Source of the DNA: an uncultured archaeon | Lineage (GTDB): Archaea; Thermoproteota; Bathyarchaeia; Bathyarchaeales; Bathycorpusculaceae | DNA: 64,000 nt | Direction: 5' to 3' | Assembly (NCBI GenBank): GCA_963782915.1 | Contig: CAWALK010000020.1 | Span: forward strand, 160,001 to 224,000 | Part shown: one piece after another, positions 1 to 12,397 of the stretch | Layout of the letters: every line of letters starts with the position of its first letter | How positions within the stretch are numbered: position 1 is the first letter of the stretch | The notes under the pieces: model-generated | What the model was told of the DNA's origin: nothing | Databases searched by the model: none | The model's input: the letters and a program-made list of their open reading frames with translations, nothing else | Program-made: the position numbers and the translations under genes

Positions 1-1074
1 GGCGGTGGATATCATCATGACGTTGATGTTGTTTCTGCCGAGTACGTCGAAGACTTTGGCGTAGCTGCCTGGTGCGCCGACCATTGCGGCTCCGTACACG
101 TTGAGCATTGCGACGTCTTTTATCATGGCTACTGCTTTGACTGGTTTGGTTTCGTTAGCGGCTGGTTCTTTGGTGATTAGGGTGCCCATGTTGTTTGGGT
201 TGGCGGTGTTTCGGATTCGGACAGGTATATTTTCTTTACTGACTGGTCCGAGTGCGCGTGGGTGCATGGCTTTTGCGCCGAAAATCGCCATTTCCGCTGC
301 TTCTTGATAGCTGAGTTGTGGTAGCATGCGTGCACCTGAGACAAGTTTGGGGTCAGTGGTCATGATGCCATCGACGTCGGTCCATATCCAGACCTCATCA
401 GCCTGCAGGGCGACGCCAAGAATGGTTGCTGTGTAATCTGAACCGCCGCGACCAACTGTGGTGACTATGCCGTCTTGGTTTGCGGCTATGAAGCCTGTGA
501 CAACTGGAACAACACCCTGCTCGAGTAACGGACTTAATCGTTCGCGTATAAGGTGAGCTGTGTAATTCATCAATGGGTCTGCTTCGCCGAAGTTTGAGTC
601 GGTTACTAACCCTGCTTCTTTGCCCGTGAAGCATTGAGTTTGGGTTTGGTGGTCTTTTATGGCTCCCCAAACAATCGGTGCAGATAACCGTTCCCCAAAG
701 GACATCACGTAGTCTTTGGATTTCGGTGTCAACTCGCCAACATAGCATATGCCTGTTAGGACTTTTTCGAGTTCAGCGATGTTTTTCTCAGTAATTTGGG
801 TGACTTCTTTCTGGATTGCTTTGCTGGTAATCGCAGATGCGATGGCGTCTGTGTGTTTTTTGAGCAGGTCTGCTGTGAAAGCTTGGATATGAGTTTCGTC
901 GCTTTTTTGTGCTTGGCAGCCTGTTTGGATAAGACTGTTTGTGACGCCTGCAAGTGCCGAAACGACAACGGCTACTTTGTGTTCTTTGCTGTATTGTGTA
1001 ACTAAGTCGGCAACGTGGCGTATGTTGTCGCCAGTGCCCACGCTGGTTCCACCGAACTTCATAACGATTTTCAT
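1..1074 (-). CDS. lysC: Aspartate kinase (Thr operon copy), 3' end outside the window
   Basis: Manual translation from ATG 1074: MKIVMKFGGTSVG...SFGERLS...TTVGRGGSDYTA...IWTDVDGIMTTDP. The frame runs toward the left edge; absent from the ORF track because there is no stop. Confidence 0.93.
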   Translation of the reverse strand, partial: MKIVMKFGGTSVGTGDNIRHVADLVTQYSKEHKVAVVVSALAGVTNSLIQTGCQAQKSDETHIQAFTADLLKKHTDAIASAITSKAIQKEVTQITEKNIAELEKVLTGICYVGELTPKSKDYVMSFGERLSAPIVWGAIKDHQTQTQCFTGKEAGLVTDSNFGEADPLMNYTAHLIRERLSPLLEQGVVPVVTGFIAANQDGIVTTVGRGGSDYTATILGVALQADEVWIWTDVDGIMTTDPKLVSGARMLPQLSYQEAAEMAIFGAKAMHPRALGPVSKENIPVRIRNTANPNNMGTLITKEPAANETKPVKAVAMIKDVAMLNVYGAAMVGAPGSYAKVFDVLGRNNINVMMISTA

Positions 1075-1094
1075 GATCTATTCAGCCTTTTTCT

Positions 1095-2127
1095 CTACGT
1101 TAGTAGTTTAGTTGCTAACTTATGTCTTATGTCTAAGAGGTCTCTTAAAACTGCACCTGCAGTTTCGATTGCGCCTGCACCCCGTCCGATGATGGTTTGT
1201 TCTGCGGCGAATTCGCATTGGAAAGTGACTGCGTTGAGGACTCCGCTGACACAAAGTGGGCTTGTTTTGGGGATTTCAAGCGGTTTTACGATTGGCTTGT
1301 TTTGGTCCTCTATGGAGCCGATGAGTTTGATGGTATTGCCCCTCTTTGCAGCGTCATCAAGGTCTTGCAGGGAAACATCGCGGATGCCTGTTCTGTCAAC
1401 GTCTTTTAAGGTAATTTTTTGGTTAAGGATCCAGTTTGCGAGGATAACGGTTTTGCAGGCAGTGTCAAACCCATCAATATCCATTGAGGGTTCTCTTTCT
1501 GCGTAACCCAGCTTCTGGGCGTTGGATAGTGCGTCTTGGAAGCTTACGCGGTTCTGGGACATTTCTGAGAGGATATAGTTGGTTGTGCCGTTTAGGATGC
1601 CTTTTATGCCGAGGATTCGGTCGCCTGCGAGGCATCTTTTGGCGAATTCCAGCATGGGTGTGCCGCCGCCGACTGTGCCACTGAACCGCAAGTAAACATT
1701 GTTGTATTCCGCGAGTTCAGTGAGTGCTGGCATGGCTAATGCTAAGGGTCCCTTGTTGGTTGTGACAACATGTTTGCCTGTTTTGAAGGCTGTTGTGATA
1801 TGTGAGAGTGCGGGTTCAGCGGTTTTGATGTTAACTGGGTGTAACTTCGACGACGACTTCAGCTTCAACTTCTTTGATAACATCAAGCGCCTTAATTCCC
1901 GGTTGCCCAAAGTCTGGGTCAGCAGAAATCGGGTAACCCCGCAGCTTTATCTCTTCCAGTTTTTCTGGGCTTAAGCCTCTGGGGTTGATGACTGCGCCGT
2001 CGATGTCTGCGATGGCAACGATTTTTGGGTTAAACCCATAATCCTTCACTTTCTCGGCATAGCGGCGAGCCAGAATGGTAGTGACACCTTTTCCGACAAC
2101 GCCATAGCCAACCAAAATAATTCTCAT
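1095..2127 (-). CDS. hom: Homoserine dehydrogenase (one frameshift near 1835-1850)
   Basis: N-part [12 protein letters not shown] (Rossmann fold); C-part [42 protein letters not shown]. Confidence 0.93.
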
Positions 2128-3389
2128 TACTCATCCTTACCTTGCCAATATTGCTGCGTTTCTTCTTTAAACCCAACGCTGCTTCTATGGCAGTTATATC
2201 AGCGTCAACTTCAATTGGTTTTTCGCTTTGTTTGATGGCGGTGTCTGGGTCTTTGAGTCCGTGTCCTGTGGTGATGCAGACGACTTTTTCGTCCTTGAGG
2301 ATTGTGCCGTTCTTGATTAGTTTCTTTAAGCCTGCGAGTGATGATGCGCTTGCGGGTTCGACGAATATGCCTTCGATTCTTGCTAGGGTTTTTTGTGCGT
2401 CGAGGATTTCTTCGTCGGTGACTGTTTCGGCTGTGCCGTGTGATTCGTGGATGGCGTTGACGGCTTTTTTCCAGCTGACTGGTGCGCCGATGCGGATGGC
2501 GGTGGCGATGGTTTCTGGGTGTTCGATTGGCACGATTTTGTCGCTGCCTGTTTTGATGGCTTGTGCGATAGGTGCGGAGCCTTCAGCTTGGATGCCTGTC
2601 ATTTTGGGCAGTTTCTTAATTAAGCCCAATTGGTAGAATTCACGTTAGCCCTTTCCAGACGGCGCTGATGTTGCCTGCGTTGCCGACTGGGATGATGATT
2701 CGGTCTGGGGCTTCATAGTTTAGTTGTTCACAGATTTCGTAGCCTAAGGATTTTTGGCCTTCGATTCGGAAGGGGTTGATTGAGTTAAGCAGGTAAATGT
2801 CCTTGTGTTTCTCGCCGAGTTTAAGCACGAATTCTAGCGCTTCATCGAAGTTGCCTTTAACTTGCAGTACTTTGGCGCCGTGGATCATGGCTTGGCTGAG
2901 TTTGCCGTAGGCGATTTTGCCTGCTGGGATTAGGACTGTGCATTGGATTCCTGCACGGGCTGCGTATGCTGCGAGGGCTGCGCTTGTGTTGCCTGTGGAT
3001 GCGCATATGACATGGCGTACGCCTAGTTCGACGGCTTTGGTTACGCCCACAGTCATGCCTCGGTCTTTGAAGCTGCCTGTTGGGTTTTCGCCCTCGTTTT
3101 TAACGTAAAGATTCTGTATGCCCAACTCTGCGCCTAAGCGGACTGAGCGGTGTAAGCCAGTTCCGCCTTCACCTAAGGTTACCAGTTTGGTGGATTCATG
3201 GATGGGCATGAAAGGGCGGTAACGCCAAACGCTCAGTGGCTTGGTTTTCCAGTCGTTAGTCTTTGCTGCATCAGCTAATTCATTAGCGTCAAATTTGATT
3301 TCTAAGATGTCTCCGCATTTCTTGCAGAAATAAACAATCTCATCTACGCTGTAGGTTGTTTTGCAGTTTATGCATTCTTGATGTACCAA
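2127..3389 (-). CDS. thrC: Threonine synthase (frameshift near 2640, probably another at the 3' end)
   Basis: PLP lysine motif [43 protein letters not shown]. Confidence 0.93.
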
Positions 3390-3489
3390 ATCTTGTGCAT
3401 CTCCAATAGACTAACGACTAATTGCTCTGAGAAGTATCGGCGGTGGAATTAATAATTTTGGTGTAGCTGGAAGGATTCAAGAGGCTGAT

Positions 3490-3681
3490 TTTCTCTCTTA
3501 GTTGTTGCTGTGGGTCATCTTATTTCAACAACAACCAACGATTTGGCAGACGGGTGTGTTTTGGCAATTGGGTTGTGGGATAGGTTGCTGGATGGTTGCG
3601 AGAGTTTTCCCCAAGCAGAACTAAAACTTGTTGGCGCCTACTACCTACCTCAGAGGCACCTACCCCTCCCTTATTTAAAGG
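3490..3681 (+). repeat. Dispersed intergenic repeat, copy R1
   Basis: GTTGTTG..CAACAAC hairpin head as in R2/R4. Tail CCCCTCCCTTATTTAAAGG (3663-3681) is identical to the reverse complement of 45020-45038. Confidence 0.65.
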
Positions 3682-3689
3682 ATAAATAG

Positions 3690-4409
3690 GCAACTTATAC
3701 AACTGATCCCTATACTGGCGAACAGCAAATATCTCCACCTGCCAAACACTATGAATGGCAAACCATCAATGTCACGATTAAGAATCAGCCCTTTACCCCG
3801 TACAAGCTGGCAATAGGGAACAACATTGTAGATGCTTCACTTTACTATAACGTTAAATTCAAGGGGCATTTTGAAGATGAATGGGGCTATTTTGACCCCG
3901 CTTACTATGTAGTTCAAGTCACCTCGGGGTCAAGTACAATTATAACATTCTTCGTGGGCGCAAATGGTCCGAATGGAGCAAGCGGGGAATGGGACCCACG
4001 ATTTCTAGAACGCTTGTCGGCTGATAGAGACGGCCAAGTTGATTTTCAAGTAGAAGCATTGTCGGGTTATGTACAACCGGGAAGTTTGGTTAAGTCACCT
4101 GCTTCTTATTTTGATGTTTGGGTGCCAGGTGTCTTTAATGGGACAGAAAGCGGCTGGAGCAATACACAAATCATAACTATCGGTGGGAGTACACCAACAG
4201 CAACTCCCAATGCCTCTTATCCCTCTCAAAGTTTATCACCCTCAGAAAGTCAAAAACCCACACCAAACCAGCCTAGCACTCAAATCACAATCCAGTTAGG
4301 GATAGATTGGACGCCGATAGCCATGGTTGCCTTGCTTGGTGTTATTGCTGTTTTGCTGGTAGTTACGGTTGTATTATTGCTTATGAGAAGAAAAAAGCAA
4401 ATTTTATAA
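3690..4409 (+). pseudogene. 5'-truncated member of the TDPYTG secreted/membrane-anchored family
   Basis: Open frame from 3690: ATYTTDPYTGEQ...IKNQPF...LYYNVKFKGHFE...VDFQVEA...SGWSNTQ, then a Thr/Pro linker and C-terminal TM. Preceded by TAG at 3687-3689; signal peptide and PxVPEF motif of the paralogs are missing. Confidence 0.7.
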
Positions 4410-4446
4410 TGGACAGAATTAAGCAGGTGGTTGCTTGATTGTTGTT

Positions 4447-5052
4447 TTAGCCTACCAAGTTCGATAGAACCTCGTATGCTTTGAGGCTATCCTTCTTTTC
4501 TACTACCATTATGGTTTCTGTCCAGCACGAAATGAATTCAACGATGTTGACGTTCTGTTCTGCCAGTAACGTGGCGAGGAACGCGACAACTCCCGGCGTA
4601 GCTTCCAACTCTTCGGGCGAATGCACAACAATCATGGTGCAGTTCTCATGCTTCACCAGTGTACTGATGCGCTCCGGCAAATCACTACGATCTACCAGGT
4701 ACACATGTTTATCAAGTAAGTCTACTTTCATGCCTGCTTCTTGGTTGAGTTCTTTAGCGGTTATTATTACGGATTTGCGGTCGTAAACTGCTATGCCGCT
4801 GCGTCTGAGCAGATGGAGAACTTTTTCTTCCCTTTTTTGTCTGTGCTTCTGGAGCTCTTCCGAGTATCTGCGTAGGGCAGCTTTTATGGCGCTGGTGTCG
4901 CTGGTTTTGAGTTCTTTCTGTAGCTGTCTTGAAAGCTCGCTTAAGTTTACGATGCCTTTTTCGAGTGCTTCTAGTAAATAGGGCTTGTTTCGCAGGTGAT
5001 TGCGGACGTCTTGAGCTACAGTCATGGTTTTGTCATGTATCAAATGGGACAT
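4447..5052 (-). CDS. ACT-domain protein with N-terminal helical domain, putative amino-acid-responsive regulator
   Basis: C-terminal ACT signature TPGVVAFLATLLAEQNVNIVEFISCWTE; N-terminal LEKGIVNLSELSRQL; divergent from argG. Confidence 0.75.
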   Translation of the reverse strand: MSHLIHDKTMTVAQDVRNHLRNKPYLLEALEKGIVNLSELSRQLQKELKTSDTSAIKAALRRYSEELQKHRQKREEKVLHLLRRSGIAVYDRKSVIITAKELNQEAGMKVDLLDKHVYLVDRSDLPERISTLVKHENCTMIVVHSPEELEATPGVVAFLATLLAEQNVNIVEFISCWTETIMVVEKKDSLKAYEVLSNLVG

Positions 5053-5133
5053 TTAAAGCTTGTTAAGTAACAAAAAAGTCACAACCTTTAAAAATACAGC
5101 CCTTAAGGTAAGGGGAATAATTCAAAACAAAAA

Positions 5134-6378
5134 ATGGGGGAGCATCAGATAACAGACAAATATGTATTAGCTTACTCCGGCGGATTAGACACATCCGTAC
5201 TAATCAAGTACCTTCAAGAACGCTGTAAAGCTCAAGTTATAACCGTCACTGTTGATGTAGGTCAAGGCGACGACCTCGTTGCAGCAGAAGAAAAAGCAAA
5301 GAAACTTGGCGTAGTAAAACATGTTTCAATCGACGCCAAAGAAGAATTCGTAAAAGAATACATTTTCCCAGCCATCAAAGCCAACGCCCTCTACGAAGGC
5401 AAATACCCAATCAGCACCAGCCTCTCTCGGCCCTTAATCGCCAAAAAGATGGCTGAAGTCGCAGAGAAAGAAGGCGCAAACGGCTTAGTACACGGCTGCA
5501 CAGGACGCGGAAACGACCAAGTCCGCTTCGACATAACCTTAGCTTCACTCGCACCAGGCAAACAAATCCTTGCGCCAGTACGCGATTGGGGCTTAACCCG
5601 CGACGAAGAAATCGCTTATGCCAAAGAGAAAGGCATCCCCATTTCTGAAAACGCCAAAAAATACAGTATAGACGCAAGCGTTTGGGGACGCGCCATCGAA
5701 TGCGGCTTACTCGAAGATGCAAACAATGAGCCGCCAGAAGACGCTTACGAGTGGACTGCCTCAGCAGAGAAAGCACCGAATACACCTGAAGTCATCACTA
5801 TCGGCTTCGAAGCAGGTGTCCCAGTCTCAATCAACGGCAAAATCATGAAGCCACTTGCACTCATCGAAGAAGTTAACAAAATCGCTGGCAAACACGGCGT
5901 CGGACGCATAGACCACATCGAAGACCGCGTTGTCGGATTGAAATCACGCGAAGTCTACGAGTGCCCAGCAGCACTGGTAATCTTGGATGCCCACCATGAC
6001 CTTGAAAAGATGGTTATGACACGCAACCAGGTTCTCTTCAAACAACAAATCGACGACCAATGGGTATACCTCGCATACTCAGGCTTATGGGTTGACCCAC
6101 TCAAAGACGACTTAGACGCATTCATCAACAAATCACAGGAAAACGTAACCGGCGAAGTCAAAATCAAACTCTTCAAAGGCAGCATGCAAATCATCGGACG
6201 CAACTCACCGAACTCGCTCTACAACAAGAACCTCGCAAACTACAACATCAAGACCAGCTTCAACCAATCCTACAGCAAAGGCTTCATCGAACTCTACGGC
6301 TTACAAACAGTCATGTACAACAACCTCAAAGCTGCCGAAAAAGCCCAAGAGAAGAAGCCCAAAACCAAGAAAACCTAA
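5134..6378 (+). CDS. argG: Argininosuccinate synthase
   Basis: LAYSGGLDTS, HGCTGRGNDQVRF, KSREVYECPA. Confidence 0.97.
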   Translation: MGEHQITDKYVLAYSGGLDTSVLIKYLQERCKAQVITVTVDVGQGDDLVAAEEKAKKLGVVKHVSIDAKEEFVKEYIFPAIKANALYEGKYPISTSLSRPLIAKKMAEVAEKEGANGLVHGCTGRGNDQVRFDITLASLAPGKQILAPVRDWGLTRDEEIAYAKEKGIPISENAKKYSIDASVWGRAIECGLLEDANNEPPEDAYEWTASAEKAPNTPEVITIGFEAGVPVSINGKIMKPLALIEEVNKIAGKHGVGRIDHIEDRVVGLKSREVYECPAALVILDAHHDLEKMVMTRNQVLFKQQIDDQWVYLAYSGLWVDPLKDDLDAFINKSQENVTGEVKIKLFKGSMQIIGRNSPNSLYNKNLANYNIKTSFNQSYSKGFIELYGLQTVMYNNLKAAEKAQEKKPKTKKT

Positions 6379-6411
6379 TTTTTCTTTAATTGGAGTTAAG
6401 GAGGGCAAGAA

Positions 6412-7899
6412 GTGTCAAAGATGCTGCATGGCGGAAGATTAGGCGATGTCCGAGGAGACGTAGCCAAATTCTGTTCCTCACGCAAGGACGATGCACGTTT
6501 AGCTGACGCTGTCTTAGCCATCAACAAAGCCCACGTCGCCATGCTCATAGAGCAGAAGATTATCCAGTTGCAAAGCGGCGCAAAAATCCTCTCTTCCCTC
6601 CAAAAACAGAACAGCAAACAACTCGACCCAAACGCTGAAGACGTCCACATGGCAGTCGAAGAAGCGGTCTTGGCGGAGACGGGTCCTGAAGTCGGCGGAA
6701 ACCTGCACATTGCCAAAAGCCGCAACGACCAAGTCGCAACAGCCATACGCATGGCATTGCGCAACGAACTGCTCACTATCATGCAGGAAATCGTTGACAT
6801 GCAGCAGGCGCTACTTGAAACCGCCGCCAAACATACAGAAACAATCATTCTAGAATACACTCACCTGCAAGCAGCGCAACCAGTCACCTTCGCACATTAC
6901 CTGCTATTCCACGTTGATGCACTGGGACGTGACCTGCAACGGTTACAAGGTGCATATTCACGGGTTAACTTGTGCCCATTGGGTGCAGGCGCTTTAGCAA
7001 CAACAAGTTTCCCAATTAACCGTAAGAAAACCGCGGAACTCCTCGGCTTCAACGATGTCTTAGAGAACTCTTTAGATGCCGTTGGCAGCCGAGACTTCAT
7101 CATAGAAACACAGGCGGCACTGGCACTGCTTGCCATAAACTTGAGCCGCTTCGCCGAAGACCTCATCATTTGGAGCTCAGCCGAATTCGGCACAGTCGAG
7201 TTACCCGACGAATTTACATCAACCAGCAGCATCATGCCCCAGAAAAAGAACCCCGAAGTCCTCGAAGTCATCCGCGCACGCGCAAGCTATGCACTGGGCG
7301 ATTTCTTAGCGGCGGCTGCTGCAGTGAAAAGTTTACCGACCACTTACAACTTGGACTTCCAAGAAATAACCCCCAAACTTTGGGCTTCAACAGACAACTT
7401 GGAAGCATCCCTTAACATCTTCACCGCATTAGTCCCCAACCTGAAAGTCTCAGAAAACTTTGAGACTAAAGCAGCCTCAGGCTTCGTCGCAGCAACCGAA
7501 GTCGCCAACATGCTGGTAGCAAAATACAACGTTGCCTTCCGAACCTCCCACAAAATAGTCGGGGCACTCGTGAAGGCGTTGATTGATTCAAAACAGACAT
7601 TAAACGACCTCACGCCTCAGTTAATGCAGAAAGTTGCCATGGAAGCTGCAGCTGTCAAGTTAGTGGTTAAGAGCGAAGACATTGTTTCATGCACGAATCT
7701 GCGCAAAGTAATCGAAACATATAAAGTTCAAGGCGGACCATCACCCGCAGAAGTTGAAAGAGCACTCAAAACACACAAAAAAACCCTCGCTGACAACAAA
7801 AAAGCGCTCGCAGACCTCAACAGCCACCTTGCAGCCGCCGAAAACACACTCAACAGTACCGTCAAGGATTACTCTCTTTCAAGTAATCAAAAAGCGTAA
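6412..7899 (+). CDS. argH: Argininosuccinate lyase
   Basis: SRNDQVAT, YTHLQAAQP, SSIMPQKKNP. Confidence 0.97.
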   Translation: MSKMLHGGRLGDVRGDVAKFCSSRKDDARLADAVLAINKAHVAMLIEQKIIQLQSGAKILSSLQKQNSKQLDPNAEDVHMAVEEAVLAETGPEVGGNLHIAKSRNDQVATAIRMALRNELLTIMQEIVDMQQALLETAAKHTETIILEYTHLQAAQPVTFAHYLLFHVDALGRDLQRLQGAYSRVNLCPLGAGALATTSFPINRKKTAELLGFNDVLENSLDAVGSRDFIIETQAALALLAINLSRFAEDLIIWSSAEFGTVELPDEFTSTSSIMPQKKNPEVLEVIRARASYALGDFLAAAAAVKSLPTTYNLDFQEITPKLWASTDNLEASLNIFTALVPNLKVSENFETKAASGFVAATEVANMLVAKYNVAFRTSHKIVGALVKALIDSKQTLNDLTPQLMQKVAMEAAAVKLVVKSEDIVSCTNLRKVIETYKVQGGPSPAEVERALKTHKKTLADNKKALADLNSHLAAAENTLNSTVKDYSLSSNQKA

Positions 7900-7935
7900 G
7901 GCTTAAAAATTTAAACTGATAGGTGAAATAGGGCT

Positions 7936-9083
7936 TTGGCTCCACAAGATAGCACGTTCAAAAATAATAAAAAAGCGGTTCTGCTTCTCGAAGACGGAAC
8001 GTCATTCATCGGTAAAGGTTTTGGTGCAACAGCAAAAATTTCAGGGGAAGTTGTTTTCTCCACTCAGATGGTGGGGTATCCTGAAGCTTTGACTGATCCG
8101 TCGTATAAGGGGCAGGTTTTAACTTTCACTTATCCCATGGTTGGCAACTATGGTGTACCTGGCAAAGAGTTGGATTTGGGGTTGCCGCTTTACTTCGAAT
8201 CCGATCACATTCAACCTCAAGGATTAATCATTCACGAATTATGCCTGGAACCATTCCATTGGGCATCAACCCGCACACTGGACAAATGGCTCGCCGACGA
8301 AGGCGTCCCAGGCATCTACGGCATAGACACCCGACGCTTAACTAAGAAACTGCGAACCCACGGAGTCATGCTGGGCATCGTGCAGGTCTTCGAAGACGGC
8401 GTAGAACCCGACATGGAAGCCCTGCTAAACAGCAGCAAAAGCATCGTCGACCCCAACTTAACCGACTTCGTAAAAGAAGTCTCGGTAAAAAAACCCGTCA
8501 CCTACAGTGTCGACGGCAAAAAAACCGTTGTCCTAATCGATTGCGGAGTAAAATTCAGCATCATCCGCAACCTACTCAAACGAGGCATAAACGTTGTTCG
8601 AGTGCCCTATGACACTTCAGCAAGCGACGTGCTGAGCTACAACCCCGACGGCGTCTTCTTAAGCAACGGACCTGGCGACCCAAAGAAATGCACCAAAACA
8701 ATCGAATGCCATCCGCGAATTAAGCGAGAAAACCCCGCTTATGGGCATCTGCTTAGGCGCACAAATCCTTGCACTTGGCATTAGGCGGCGACACTTACAA
8801 ACTAAAGTTCGGTCACCGCGCACAAAACCAGCCAGCACTCGACTTATACAACAGCCGATGCTACATCACCACCCAAAATCACGGTTACGCCATAAACATG
8901 GATTCACTCAAAAAAACTTGCCTGGAACCATGGTTCATCAACCCCAACGACAAAACCACCGAAGGCATCCGATGCAAAAACAAACCAGTCTTCGCAGTAC
9001 AATGGCACCCAGAAGCTGCACCAGGACCCTACGATACGGAACTATTGTTTGATAAATTCGCAAAAACCTTGGAGGTCAACTAA
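7936..9083 (+). CDS. carA: Carbamoyl-phosphate synthase small subunit (frameshifts ~8705-8785)
   Basis: LTDPSYKGQ, LSNGPGDP, GICLG, TTQNHG, QWHPEA spread over three frames. Confidence 0.95.
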
Positions 9084-9085
9084 GC

Positions 9086-12000
9086 ATGCCAAAGTTCGAT
9101 TGGATAAAAAAAGTCATGGTTCTCGGAAGCGGCGCCATCAAAATCGGTGAAGCAGCAGAATTCGACTACAGCGGCAGCCAATGCATAAAAGCCCTACAGG
9201 AAGAAGGCATAGAAACCGTCCTCATCAACCCCAACATCGCCACCATCCAAACCGATCCACGCCTCTCAGGCAAAGTATATCTCCTTCCAGTTACTCCTGA
9301 ATTCGTAGAGAAAGTCATCGCTAAAGAACGCCCAGACGGCATCCTCTTGGGCTTCGGAGGACAAACCGCACTCAACTGCGGCTTAGAACTCGAAAAAACA
9401 GGAATCCTCCAAAAATACAACGTTAAAGTTTTAGGCACACCCGTCCAAGCCATCGAAGACACAGGCGACCGCGAACGGTTCCGCCAAGCCATGCAAAAAG
9501 CAGGCGTCCCATTCCTACAAAGCAAAGCCGCAACCAGCGTCAAACAAGCCCTAGACATCGCTGACGAAATCGGTTACCCCGTCATGGTCCGTGTAGCTTA
9601 CACTTTAGGCGGTAAAGGCGCAGGCGTTGCCCATGACCAAAAAGAACTCAAAGAAATAGCAACCATCGGCATAGCCCAGAGCCGCATCAACCAAGTCCTC
9701 GTAGAAGAATACGTGGGGCATTGGAAAGAAGTCGAATACGAAGTTATGCGTGACTACAAAGACAACTGCTTAACCGTCTGTAACATGGAAAACTTTGATC
9801 CCAATGGGCATCCACACCGGCGACTCCATCGTCGTTGCACCCTCACAAACTATGACTAACCGTGAGTACCACGGGATTCGCTCAATCTCCATAAACGCCA
9901 TCCGCGCGTTGGGCATCGTTGGTGAATGCAACATTCAGTGGGCACTTAACACCAAATCCGAGGAATGCCGCGTCATCGAAGTCAACTCAAGAATGTCACG
10001 CAGCAGCGCACTCGCAAGCAAAGTCACAGGTTACCCGCTCGCATACATCGCCACAAAACTAACTTTAGGCTATATACTGCCTGAGTTAATCAACAAAGTC
10101 ACCGAAGTCACCACCGCATGCTTCGAACCAGCCTTAGACTACATCACAGTCAAAATCCCAAGATGGGACCTGCAGAAATTCAAGAACGCAGACCGCCACG
10201 TTGGACCCCAAATGCGCAGCGTCGGCGAAGTCATGGCTATCGGCCGCTGCTTCGAAGAAGCACTCCAAAAAGCCGTCCGCATGCTCGACACAGGCAAAAT
10301 CGGTTTAGTCTGCAACCCAGAAGACGAAGAACCCGAATCCGAAGAACGCCTAAGAGACGAAATGGCACATCCAACAGACGAGCGCCTCTACAAAATCGGT
10401 AAAGCACTCAAAATGGGCATCCCAATCAATGAGATATACCGCTTAAGCGGCGTTGACCCATTCTTCCTCTACAAAATCCAAAACATCATCGACATGGAAG
10501 CCAAACTCTGCAAACTCAACTTAGCAGAAACAGGCGCAGCAGACATCATCCGCGAAGCCAAACGCATAGGCTTCTCAGACGAACAAATCGCAGTTTGCCA
10601 AAAAACCACTGAAGCAACAATCCGCAGCTTCCGCAAAAACGCAGGCATCATCCCAGTCGTAAAACAAATTGACACCTTAGCCGCGGAGTGGCCAGCAAAA
10701 ACCAACTATCTCTACATGACCTATGGCGGAGACGAAGACGACATAGAATTCACCAGCACACCAAGCAAAGTCATAGTTCTCGGTGCAGGCGTCTTCCGCA
10801 TCGGCAGCAGCGTAGAATTCGACTGGTGCGGCGTCAACACAATCTGGGCGCTCAAAAAGAATGGCATACAAGAAGCCATCATGGTCAACTACAACCCAGA
10901 AACCGTCTCCACAGACTACGATGTCATCAGACAAACTATACTTCGAAGAATTAACCAAAGAACGCATACTTGACATCTACGAAAAAGAAAACCCTCTGGG
11001 CATAATCACCAGTGTTGGTGGGCAAATCCCAAACAACCTCTCCATGCCACTCTGTGATGCAGGCGCAAAAATCTTAGGCACCTCAGCTCAGGACGTGGAT
11101 TTGGCAGAAGACCGCAGCAAATTCAGTGCATTACTTGACCAGTTGGGGATTCATCAGCCAAGCTGGAGCAAACTCCAATCCATCGATGATGCGAAACGGT
11201 TTGCAACCAAAATCGGTTACCCAGTACTCGTACGTCCAAGCTATGTACTCTCGGGTTCAGCAATGCGTGTAGCCTACAACGAAGTCGCACTTGAAAACTT
11301 CCTCAACTTAGCCGCGAAAGTTTCACGGGACCACCCAGTAGTTATCAGCAAATTCATCACCCGCGCCAAAGAAGTCGAAGTTGACGGCGTCTCAGACGGC
11401 GACAACGTATTCATCGGCGCAATCATGGAACACGTAGAAAACGCAGGCGTCCACAGCGGCGACGCAACCATGACCATCCCACCCCAAGCACTCAAGCCAG
11501 AAGTGCAGAAAGACATCGAAACCGCCACAATAAGCATCGTAAAAGCCCTAAAAATCCATGGCCCATACAACATCCAGTACCTCGTCAAAGACGACGTAGT
11601 CAACGTCATCGAATGCAACCTCCGCGCTTCACGCTCAATGCCCTTTGTTAGCAAATGCAGAGGCATAAACCTAATTGACTTCGCAACTTTGGCGATGCTG
11701 GGCAAAAAAATCGACCACGTCAAACTTTCCCCAATGCAAGTTGCCCCTCACGTCGGCGTAAAAGTTCCACAGTTCAGTTTCATGCGTTTAAGCGGCGCAG
11801 ACCCAGTCTTGGGCGTGGAAATGCTAAGCACAGGTGAAGTCGCATGTATCGGCGAGAGCTTCTCTGACGCATTCTCGAAGGCGTTGCAGTCAGCGGAGTT
11901 TACGATTCCACCCAAAGGCGGCTCAGTACTCATCAGCGTCGGCGGCGACGACCAACGCAAAGCACGCGTTGTCCCAATCGCACAGGCATTCGCAGATATG

Positions 12001-12364
12001 GGCTTCAAAATCTACTCCACATCCAACACTGCAAAAGTCTTAAACGACCACGGCATCGCAACTACAGTCCTGCATAAAGTCAAAGACCCAGACGTCACAC
12101 CCAACATCCTCGATTACCTGCAGGAACGCAAAATCGACTTAGTCATCAACGTGCCCATGGCTAATCGCCGCAGCAACATGAGTGACATCATAACCGACGG
12201 CTACATCATACGGCGCCAAGCAGTAGAATTCAACGTGCCAGTCATCACGAATTTGCAGTTGGCTCAGGCATTGGTGGATGTGATGCAGCCAGAAGAACCA
12301 GAACGGCAACACTATCCGCTCGCTTAATGAGTATATGGATGCGTTGCCCTGGAAGCAGTGGTAG
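9086..12364 (+). CDS. carB: Carbamoyl-phosphate synthase large subunit (frameshifts ~9800, ~10925, ~12300)
   Basis: GEAAEFDYSGSQ, GIHTGDS, NPETVSTDYD, RPSYVLSG, HSGDAT, C-terminal MGS domain. Confidence 0.95.
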
Positions 12365-12370
12365 CTGCTT

Positions 12371-12394
12371 TAGTTTTTCTTTTCTTTTTTGTTT
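12371..12394 (+). terminator. T-rich archaeal terminator after carB
   Basis: tttttcttttctttttt immediately after the carB stop. Confidence 0.55.
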
Positions 12395-12397
12395 AGC

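Noticed and set aside
3390-5133. Leader peptides before the thr and arg operons (also checked leuC and ilvD)
   Set aside because: No short ORF enriched in cognate codons was seen.
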